From a candidate division WOR-3 bacterium (GTDB lineage: Bacteria > Hydrothermota > Tepidihabitantia > Tepidihabitantales > Tepidihabitantaceae): a stretch of 23,839 nucleotides of DNA. Below are positions 17,091 through 23,839 of the stretch, in pieces. The stretch is taken from the NCBI GenBank assembly GCA_039801225.1, contig JBDRUH010000019.1:292-24130 (forward strand), read 5' to 3'. The notes below the pieces were generated by a model. The model did no database searches and had not been told where the DNA came from. It saw only the letters and a program-made list of their open reading frames with translations. Both the position numbers and the translations under genes were made by a program. How positions within the stretch are numbered: position 1 is the stretch's first letter; each line of letters starts with the position of its first letter.

Positions 17091-18374
17091 ATGACACCAG
17101 AGATACTTTGGAAAACCGACCCGGAAGTTTTTGATGCGATAGTAAAGGAGACCGAGCGGCAACACAATAATTTGGAGTTGATCGCCTCGGAAAATTTCTG
17201 CTCGGAGGCGGTGCTATCCGCCCTTGGTTCAGTATTGACCAATAAGTATGCCGAAGGGTATCCGAAGAAGCGCTATTACGGCGGCTGTCGCTATGTGGAC
17301 ATTGCCGAGGAACTGGCGATTCAGCGCGCCAAGCAACTTTTTGGCTGTGACCATGCCAATGTTCAACCTCACTCCGGCACTCAGGCGAACATCGCCGCCT
17401 ATCTGACCCTTGCCAAGCCCGGCGACACAATTATGGGACTTTCCCTCACCCATGGCGGTCACCTTTCCCATGGTCATCCGATTAACTTTTCTGGCCGGTA
17501 TTTTAAGGTGGTGCATTACACCGTTGACCCTAACACCGAAATGCTTGACTACACCGCAATCCGGCAACTGGCACTGGAGCATAAACCAAGAGTGATTGTT
17601 AGTGGCGCCTCGGCGTATCCACGCGTTATCCATTTTGATAAGTTTCAGGAGATTTGTGACGAGGTGGGTGCGGCTCAGATTGCCGATATCGCCCATATCG
17701 CCGGGTTGATTGTCGCCGGTCTTCACCCTTCACCGGTGCCTTATGCCGACATCGTCACCACCACGACCCATAAGACTTTGCGCGGTCCAAGAGGGGCAAT
17801 CATAATGTGTAAGGCAAAGTATGCCGAGGAACTGGATAAGGTGGTGTTTCCTGGAACTCAGGGTGGTCCATTAGAGCACTGCATCGCCGCCAAGGCGGTC
17901 GCCTTTAAGGAGGCACTGAGCCCGGAGTTCAAGGAGTATCAGCGTCAGATTGTCGCAAATGCCCGCGCCCTTGCCGAAGGTTTAGAGCGCCGCGGTTTTC
18001 GGCTCTGTTCGGGCGGAACCGACAATCATCTAATGCTGGTGGATTTAAGGTCAAAGAAAATTACCGGTCGGGATGCGGAAAGGCTCTTGGGTAAAGTGCA
18101 AATTACCGTAAATCGCAATACCATACCTTTTGACCCGGAAAAGCCGTTCATCGCCTCAGGAATCAGGCTGGGCACGCCGGCGCTGACCACCCGGGGAATG
18201 AAGGAGGCAGAGATGGAGAAGATTGCCGATTTGATTGACCGAACCCTGGCTAGCGGTGATGACGAGGCCGCCTTAGAGAAAATCAAGTCCGAAGTGCGGG
18301 AACTGGTAAACGCATTTCCGCTGTATTCTATGCGCCGGGCCGAGTACGAAAAAGCCCGGATTTCCCAAGGTTGA
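17091..18374 (+). CDS. glyA: Serine hydroxymethyltransferase
   Basis: [41 protein letters not shown] (PLP lysine), SGIRLGT. Confidence 0.98.
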   Translation: MTPEILWKTDPEVFDAIVKETERQHNNLELIASENFCSEAVLSALGSVLTNKYAEGYPKKRYYGGCRYVDIAEELAIQRAKQLFGCDHANVQPHSGTQANIAAYLTLAKPGDTIMGLSLTHGGHLSHGHPINFSGRYFKVVHYTVDPNTEMLDYTAIRQLALEHKPRVIVSGASAYPRVIHFDKFQEICDEVGAAQIADIAHIAGLIVAGLHPSPVPYADIVTTTTHKTLRGPRGAIIMCKAKYAEELDKVVFPGTQGGPLEHCIAAKAVAFKEALSPEFKEYQRQIVANARALAEGLERRGFRLCSGGTDNHLMLVDLRSKKITGRDAERLLGKVQITVNRNTIPFDPEKPFIASGIRLGTPALTTRGMKEAEMEKIADLIDRTLASGDDEAALEKIKSEVRELVNAFPLYSMRRAEYEKARISQG

Positions 18375-18381
18375 GGAAGTT

Positions 18382-19695
18382 ATGGCAAGACCAACCATTG
18401 CCCGAATTGTTGCCCGAGAGATTCTTGACTCCCGCGGGACCCCTACCCTTGAGGTGGACTGCATCCTTTCCAACGGTGTTATGGGACGGGCATCGGTTCC
18501 TTCGGGCGCCTCGGTCGGCTCTTTTGAGGCGTTAGAGTTAAGGGATAAGGATAAGAAAAGGTATTTTGGGAAAGGGGTGCTCAAGGCGATTGCCAACATT
18601 TCCGAAATAATCGCCCCCCGTTTAGTCGGAATGGATGCCACCGATCAGTTTAATATTGACCGAATACTAATTGAACTTGACGGTAGCAAAAATAAGTCCC
18701 GACTGGGTGCCAATGCGGTCTTAGGGGTTTCTTTGGCGGTCTGCCGGGCAGCGGCGGTTTGTGCCGGTTTGCCCATCTATCGGTTGCTCGGTGGTGCCGG
18801 AACCAGATTCACCCCAACCCCATTTTTGAATATCATTAACGGCGGACTGCATGCGCCTAATAACCTTGACATTCAGGAGTATATGATTGTTCCAGCCGGA
18901 TTCGCCACATTTGCTGATGCGATTCGCGCCAGCGCCGAAATCTATCACACCTTGAAGGAAATCCTGGAAAAGAGAAACCTGCCCACCACGGTAGGCGACG
19001 AAGGTGGTATGGCACCAGACTTCGCCAGTAATGAAGCGCCCATAAAGGTGATTATTCAGGCGATTGAAGAGAGTGGTTACCAGCCCGGTGAAGAGGTTTA
19101 TCTTGCCTTGGACATTGCCGCCACCAGCCTTTATGAAAATGGCACCTACATCTTTACCAATCCGGAAAAAAGGGCGCTGAGCGCCAACGACCTGATTGAC
19201 CTTTACACCCAATGGGTGGAGAAATATCCGATTATATCCATTGAGGACGGACTGGCTGAGGAGGACTGGTCGGGCTGGCAGGAACTTACCAGCCGATTGG
19301 GGAAAAGAATCCAACTGGTGGGCGACGACATCTTTGTTACCAATATTGAAAGGCTGAAAAGGGGCATCCACGAAGGTGCGGCAAATGCCGTCCTGGTGAA
19401 ACCAACCCAGATTGGCACGGTCAGTGAGACGATTGACTGTATAAAGGTGGCGATGGAAAATGGTTATCGGGCGATAGTGTCCCATCGCTCCGGCGAGACT
19501 GATGACCATTTTATCGCTGACCTGGCGGTGGCGGTGAACTGCGGTCAGATTAAAACCGGCGCACCCTGCCGGGGGGAACGCACCGCCAAATATAACCGGC
19601 TGATAAGGATTGAAGAGGAGGACCGGCTACCATATACCGGTAAAGCCATTCTGCCTTTTGAGCATTTTAAAGACCGCCAACCACTCAACACCTGA
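18382..19695 (+). CDS. eno: Enolase
   Basis: [58 protein letters not shown]. Confidence 0.98.
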   Translation: MARPTIARIVAREILDSRGTPTLEVDCILSNGVMGRASVPSGASVGSFEALELRDKDKKRYFGKGVLKAIANISEIIAPRLVGMDATDQFNIDRILIELDGSKNKSRLGANAVLGVSLAVCRAAAVCAGLPIYRLLGGAGTRFTPTPFLNIINGGLHAPNNLDIQEYMIVPAGFATFADAIRASAEIYHTLKEILEKRNLPTTVGDEGGMAPDFASNEAPIKVIIQAIEESGYQPGEEVYLALDIAATSLYENGTYIFTNPEKRALSANDLIDLYTQWVEKYPIISIEDGLAEEDWSGWQELTSRLGKRIQLVGDDIFVTNIERLKRGIHEGAANAVLVKPTQIGTVSETIDCIKVAMENGYRAIVSHRSGETDDHFIADLAVAVNCGQIKTGAPCRGERTAKYNRLIRIEEEDRLPYTGKAILPFEHFKDRQPLNT

Positions 19696-19700
19696 CCGCA

Positions 19701-19934
19701 ATGCGCCGGCGAAAGGCTCTTTTCTTCATTTTCCCGTTTCTGGCGCTTGCCCTAATATTTCTGCCCGGACCAAATGGCTTAATCAGCGCCCTTTGGAAAT
19801 CTTACCGCATCCGGCAGAACCAATTAAAGACTCTGCACTGGGAGGCAAAAGCCGATACACTAAAGGAAAAGATAAAACTCTGGCAGGACCCGGACTTTGC
19901 CACCAAGGCGGCACGGCGCATCTTTGAAAAGTAA
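19701..19934 (+). CDS. Septum formation initiator (FtsB/DivIC-like)
   Basis: Basic N-terminus, one TM helix, GPNGL, coiled coil, DPDF..K.AR. Directly downstream of eno, as is typical for ftsB. Confidence 0.65.
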   Translation: MRRRKALFFIFPFLALALIFLPGPNGLISALWKSYRIRQNQLKTLHWEAKADTLKEKIKLWQDPDFATKAARRIFEK

Positions 19935-19940
19935 CTCCGG

Positions 19941-20720
19941 CTACTCAGAAGGTAAAATAATCTGCGGACGACCACCGGTTAAAGGATGAGAAAAGACGAA
20001 AGGCTCAACCCCGTAAGCCTGGCGAATTAAATCGGTGGTGATAACCTTTTCCGGTCGGTCGCAGGCTAAACACCTTCCCCCGGAAAGTAAAAGAATCCGG
20101 GAACAGAACGCTGCGGCATCATTCAATTCGTGGGAAACAAAGACAATCGTCCGCCCCTTTTTGTTCAGACCCTTGAGAATTGTTAGGATTTTCAACCGGT
20201 GGTGGATATCAAGATGGGATGTTGCCTCATCAAGAAGTAAAATCTCCGGCTCCTGAGCCAAAGCCCGGGCAAGGACAGCCCTTTGTTTTTCACCACTAGA
20301 TATGGAGTTGATATTTCGGTCTTTGAAATCTATCACCTCGGTGAGCCGCATCGCCTCCTCAACTTTGGCAATATCGGTTTGCCTCGGACGGTCAAAAAGC
20401 CCTAAAAACGGGTTGCGTCCCATCATCACCACCTCGGTAACCTTCCACTCAAAGGCAAAGAAACTCTCCTGCGGCACCAGCCCAACCATTTGGGCAATTT
20501 TCCGCCGGGAAAGGGTTCTTATCTCCTGACCGAGCAGTTCTACCGCACCCTTTTCCGGCAAAAGAATGCCGGCAAAGAGCCGTAAAAGGGTTGACTTGCC
20601 CGAACCGTTTGGTCCGATGATGCCGAAAAACTCACCCACCTCAATGTTGAGAGAAAATTGGTCAAAAAGCGGCTTATTTGAGTAGCCAAACCTCAAACCC
20701 TGAACCGCTATCGCCTTCAT
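19941..20720 (-). CDS. Cobalamin/iron-chelate ABC transporter ATP-binding subunit (BtuD/FecE-like)
   Basis: GPNGSGKST, VPQE, ISSGEKQR, LLLDEATSHLD, VSH. Confidence 0.92.
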   Translation of the reverse strand: MKAIAVQGLRFGYSNKPLFDQFSLNIEVGEFFGIIGPNGSGKSTLLRLFAGILLPEKGAVELLGQEIRTLSRRKIAQMVGLVPQESFFAFEWKVTEVVMMGRNPFLGLFDRPRQTDIAKVEEAMRLTEVIDFKDRNINSISSGEKQRAVLARALAQEPEILLLDEATSHLDIHHRLKILTILKGLNKKGRTIVFVSHELNDAAAFCSRILLLSGGRCLACDRPEKVITTDLIRQAYGVEPFVFSHPLTGGRPQIILPSE

Positions 20721-21670
20721 AATCTCGTCCGCAAAAGGTAAATAAAGAAAGGGACGCCAATAAGTGCGGTAATCACCGAAAGTGGCAGACCGCCCGGGAC
20801 AATATTTCTCGCCCCAGCATCGGCAAAGAGGAGTAATCCGGCACCCAAGAGAAATGAACCAGGTAAAACCCGGCTATGCCTTGGACCAAACATCATCCGC
20901 ACCAGATGAGGCACAACCAACCCGATAAAACTTATCGCCCCGGTCCAGGCAACAACCAAACCTACAGTAAAAGAGCCAATGAGAAAGACCATTCTGGTGA
21001 GAAACTGGACATTAACCCCGAGGCTCAATGCCGCCTCTTCACTTAAAGAGATTATGTCCAGTTCCCGGGCGTGGAGTAAGAGCCAGAGACAACCTGCCAA
21101 TGCCAAAAGTCCGGAAACGATAAATAAAGGCAATGAGCGACTGGTGAACACAACCCCAAGATGACCCATCATTAAATAAACCGCCTCGCCTAAACTCCGT
21201 CTGCCTGAGACCATCAGGAGTAGAACAAGGCTGGAAAAGAAAAAACTGACAATTATTCCAGCAAGAACCAACCGGGTGACGGTCAACCCGCTTTTTCCCC
21301 GGGCAAGGGAATAAACAATGCCAATCGCCAAAACCGCACCAAGGAATGCCAGAATGGGTAAAAAGATGGTTGAATTCAACTTTAAAATCACCGCCAGGCT
21401 GGCACCCAATGCCGCACCACTTGCCACACCCAAAGTCCAGGGGTCAACCAAAGGGTTGCGCAAAAGCGCCTGCAGGGCACCACCAATCACCCCCAAAACA
21501 CCACCGGCAACAATTCCGATAAAAACCCTGGGCAAGCGGAAGGCAAAGAAACTGTTAAAGGAAAGTCCACCCGGACCGGTAACAATTGCCACCACTATGG
21601 CAACGATAAAAATGGCGACCAACCCTAACCAGCCCAATAACGGGTTCTTAGTTTTTAGTCCCGAGTCCAT
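20717..21670 (-). CDS. Cobalamin/iron-chelate ABC transporter permease (BtuC/FecCD family)
   Basis: RLPR, LQALLRNPLVDP..LGVASGA, EEAALSLGVN, ISFIGLVVPH, IGVPFF. Confidence 0.93.
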   Translation of the reverse strand: MDSGLKTKNPLLGWLGLVAIFIVAIVVAIVTGPGGLSFNSFFAFRLPRVFIGIVAGGVLGVIGGALQALLRNPLVDPWTLGVASGAALGASLAVILKLNSTIFLPILAFLGAVLAIGIVYSLARGKSGLTVTRLVLAGIIVSFFFSSLVLLLMVSGRRSLGEAVYLMMGHLGVVFTSRSLPLFIVSGLLALAGCLWLLLHARELDIISLSEEAALSLGVNVQFLTRMVFLIGSFTVGLVVAWTGAISFIGLVVPHLVRMMFGPRHSRVLPGSFLLGAGLLLFADAGARNIVPGGLPLSVITALIGVPFFIYLLRTRL

Positions 21671-21684
21671 AGTTCAGTAAACAG

Positions 21685-22560
21685 CTAAGGCTCTTCTTTT
21701 ATACCTTGATGAATTATCCGGGCAAGGAGAAAAATTCCCTCAATTATCCTGGGTCCGGGACGAAAGAAAAGGTCCTCATCTAAGCCGGTGAAAACTTTTG
21801 ACTGACGGACCGCGGAAATCCTTGACCAGCCAACCCTTTCTTTCACCTCACTCGCTGTCGCCCCAGGATGTAAAATCAAAATCACATCCGGGTTTGCCTT
21901 GACAACCATCTCCGGGTCAACTGTTAAGTAGGGCACCGGAATTGATTCAAAAACATTTTTCCCACCAGCACGCCGGATGAGGTCGTTAATAAATCCGCCT
22001 CTGCCTACACTCATCAATGGCGCATAGGAAATCTCCACATAAACCCGTGGCGTATCAGTAAATTTTGGCAGTGAGTCAAGCTGACGCCGCATCCCGGTTA
22101 CTAACTTTTTTGCCTGTTCCCTTTTCTCCAAGAGAACCCCAACCGACTCAATCTCAGCAAAAACACCCTCAATGTCTTCAGGCGCCGAGACATATACCGC
22201 TATCTTTAACTCCGACAACTTCTCAATAATCTGCCGGTGAATTGGCAGGGTGGCAAATACCAGAGTTGGTTTCAAGGCAGTAATCCGTTCCATATCCGGC
22301 ATCTGAAAATCGCCAACTTTGTAAACCCTTTTTGCCTCTTCCGGATAGTCGCACTGGTTGGTATTTCCAACCAAGTTCTTTTCCGCGCCCAGGCAATAAA
22401 CAATCTCAGTAATGCTGGGAACAAGGGAAACGACTCTCAGCCCGGGCGATTCTGCCCTGTCTTTTCCAACGGGTGGTGAACATAAACAGAAGACAGAAAG
22501 AGATAAGAGAGCAAGAAACAGAAAGCCAGCAAAACGCCTTCCCCTTTCTGTCTTACTCAT
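21685..22560 (-). CDS. Substrate-binding protein, BtuF-like (cobalamin most likely)
   Basis: RVVSLVPSITEIVYCLG, CDYP, ERITALKP, AGGKN, NPDVI, RPGPRI. ATG 22560 overlaps the trmI stop and is followed by a hydrophobic signal with Cys. Confidence 0.85.
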   Translation of the reverse strand: MSKTERGRRFAGFLFLALLSLSVFCLCSPPVGKDRAESPGLRVVSLVPSITEIVYCLGAEKNLVGNTNQCDYPEEAKRVYKVGDFQMPDMERITALKPTLVFATLPIHRQIIEKLSELKIAVYVSAPEDIEGVFAEIESVGVLLEKREQAKKLVTGMRRQLDSLPKFTDTPRVYVEISYAPLMSVGRGGFINDLIRRAGGKNVFESIPVPYLTVDPEMVVKANPDVILILHPGATASEVKERVGWSRISAVRQSKVFTGLDEDLFFRPGPRIIEGIFLLARIIHQGIKEEP

Positions 22561-23329
22561 CCTCTTGATTTGTCTTATGGGCGAATACCAAATAAGCGGT
22601 ATGTGCCACCATCCGGTCAACCGGTCTTATCCCGGTCTCACGAAGGAAAAAACCCCGTTCTAAAATCTCCTTTGCCCGGATTCGGACAAAACCCTCGGCA
22701 CCTAATGAGGAAACCAGCCGGCGTAACTGCTCAACCGTTGGCACCAGTCCACAAATTGCCGCGCCCCCTTTCAGCGCCCTCTTTGCCGCGGAAATTAACA
22801 ACCAGGGCTCGGGAACATCCAGGAAGACCGCATCAACATCGGTCTGTAAGAACCCATCTTCTGCTGGATTTGAGACAAAAAACTCACAATAACCCTCAAG
22901 ACCGTAACGGGTAACATTCTCCCGGGCATTGGCACTAAACTCCGGTCTTTGTTCATAGGAGTAAACTTTGCCAAGAGGACGGACAAAATTTGCTAAAACC
23001 ACCGTTAAAGCCCCGGAGCCTGAACCAACCTCAATCACTTTTGCCCCGGGAAAAATCAGGGTGTGTAAGAGCATAAACCCGGTGTCCTTGGGGTAAACAA
23101 TGGTGGTGGTACGCTTTACCTTGGTTGCCAGGTCAGCCAGTGTCGGTTTTAAGATATAAAACCTTACCCCTAATTGCGTCTCAACCCAATCACCAAAATT
23201 CTTATTTACAATCTGGGCAAAATCAATATTGCCGCGGTGGGTAGAAAAACTTCCTGCGTTCTGCACCGCCACCAGAAACTTCATCCGGTCCGAATGGTAA
23301 AGCAAAACAAAATCACCCGGTTTAACCAT
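22553..23329 (-). CDS. trmI: tRNA (adenine(58)-N1)-methyltransferase (GCD14/TrmI family)
   Basis: THRG, KRTTTIVYPKD, EVGSGSGALT, YSYE, VFLDVPEPW, PTVEQ, RP..RMVAHTAYL. Start placed at ATG 23329. Confidence 0.92.
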   Translation of the reverse strand: MVKPGDFVLLYHSDRMKFLVAVQNAGSFSTHRGNIDFAQIVNKNFGDWVETQLGVRFYILKPTLADLATKVKRTTTIVYPKDTGFMLLHTLIFPGAKVIEVGSGSGALTVVLANFVRPLGKVYSYEQRPEFSANARENVTRYGLEGYCEFFVSNPAEDGFLQTDVDAVFLDVPEPWLLISAAKRALKGGAAICGLVPTVEQLRRLVSSLGAEGFVRIRAKEILERGFFLRETGIRPVDRMVAHTAYLVFAHKTNQEDE

Positions 23330-23336
23330 CAGCCTC

Positions 23337-23364
23337 ATTCTAATTGACAAAAGCCAAAAGTCAA
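23337..23364 (-). promoter_or_regulatory. Putative promoter for trmI-ABC operon, -35 inside a heptamer array
   Basis: Minus strand TTGACT (23364-23359), 16 nt, TAGAAT (23342-23337), 7 nt, ATG 23329. Confidence 0.6.
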
Positions 23365-23429
23365 AAAACCTACGAGTAAAGGTTGGGGCTGAGGTTAAAG
23401 TTGTAGGGCAAACCTCAACCTAAACCTTT
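23345..23429. repeat. Heptamer array plus inverted hexamer arrays
   Basis: tgacaaa agccaaa agtcaaa (23345-23365). aaaggttggggctgaggtt (23378-23396) versus aacctcaacctaaaccttt (23411-23429), 16/19 complementary. Confidence 0.75.
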
Positions 23430-23467
23430 GCCTCTTATTACAATGCCGGATTTTGCTGTTTCCGTTA

Positions 23468-23495
23468 TTGACGCCTGCAAAATTCAAGGTATTAT
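23468..23495 (+). promoter_or_regulatory. Putative promoter for the last gene
   Basis: TTGACG (23468-23473), 16 nt, TATTAT (23490-23495). Confidence 0.5.
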
Positions 23496-23560
23496 TCCCG
23501 ATTGTTGATTTCACCAAAATTAGTTTCTGACCATCCGAGATAAATGAAAGGCGGTAACCG

Positions 23561-23839
23561 GTGATAATGAGTATCAGCCTGCTCCTTATTCTCTTTAATC
23601 CAAACCAGCAGACCAACGGCGAATTTCACCGGGATTACACTTTAATTTATGCCACCGGCTACGACCTAATGAACTCAGCGGTAAACCTGAACACCGCCGG
23701 TAAAATGGTTTATGATGCCTGGTTTCGCGGTATTGCACCGAAAATCACCAACAATACTATCAGGAATAGTGTCGGAACCGGCTGGATGATTCTCACTCGC
23801 TGGGCTTTGCTGCTATTTCCCCACGAACTGGGTCACTGG
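23561..23839 (+). CDS. 5' part of a hypothetical membrane/exported protein with HExxH motif
   Basis: Open from GTG 23561 (or ATG 23567) to the window end: MIMSISLLLILFNPNQQ...GWMILTRWALLLFPHELGHW. AAGGCGG RBS-like sequence upstream. Not in the ORF track. Confidence 0.7.
   Translation, partial: MIMSISLLLILFNPNQQTNGEFHRDYTLIYATGYDLMNSAVNLNTAGKMVYDAWFRGIAPKITNNTIRNSVGTGWMILTRWALLLFPHELGHW

Noticed and set aside
18721..19509. 262-aa antisense ORF
   Set aside because: Lies wholly opposite enolase; a shadow ORF from codon bias with no recognisable motifs. The same applies to the other antisense and alternate-frame ORFs inside the real genes.
21558..21570. RNase P-like AGGAAAGTCC word
   Set aside because: Lies inside the permease CDS on the opposite strand, with no other RNase P elements.
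22561..22620. Longer start for the binding protein
   Set aside because: Overlaps the conserved trmI C-terminus; ATG 22560 gives a normal signal peptide.

Overview
Mostly housekeeping bacterial chromosome, about 45-50% GC by eye. The gingipain with a FlgD/T9SS-like tail suggests an FCB-group lineage such as candidate division WOR-3 (inference only). Gene order: 3' end of an AMMECR1/AmmeMemo protein A gene; large secreted C25 (gingipain-type) peptidase; MFS transporter (-); trpS-ispD-dxr-rseP plus a degenerate B12-radical-SAM-like gene (+); ThiI/MnmA-like PP-loop gene coupled to a NifU-C gene (-); copA, a small OmdA/YdeI-domain gene and tRNA-Ser(GGA) (-); TPR protein (-); probable DUF167 pseudogene; glyA-eno-ftsB-like (+); trmI followed by a BtuFCD/FecBCDE-type ABC importer (-); 5' part of an unknown HExxH membrane protein. 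No integrase, transposase or CRISPR array was seen. The most unusual signals are: (i) four intergenic loci built from inward-facing 6-7 bp tandem arrays, one of which supplies a -35 box and another the last codons of a gene; (ii) a composite REP-like intergenic element; (iii) three genes that look leaderless; (iv) several enzymes with non-canonical catalytic motifs (radical SAM-like CxCx7C, PP-loop SGSLDS, Dxr DSEL). Family calls come from motif recognition by eye, not database searches.
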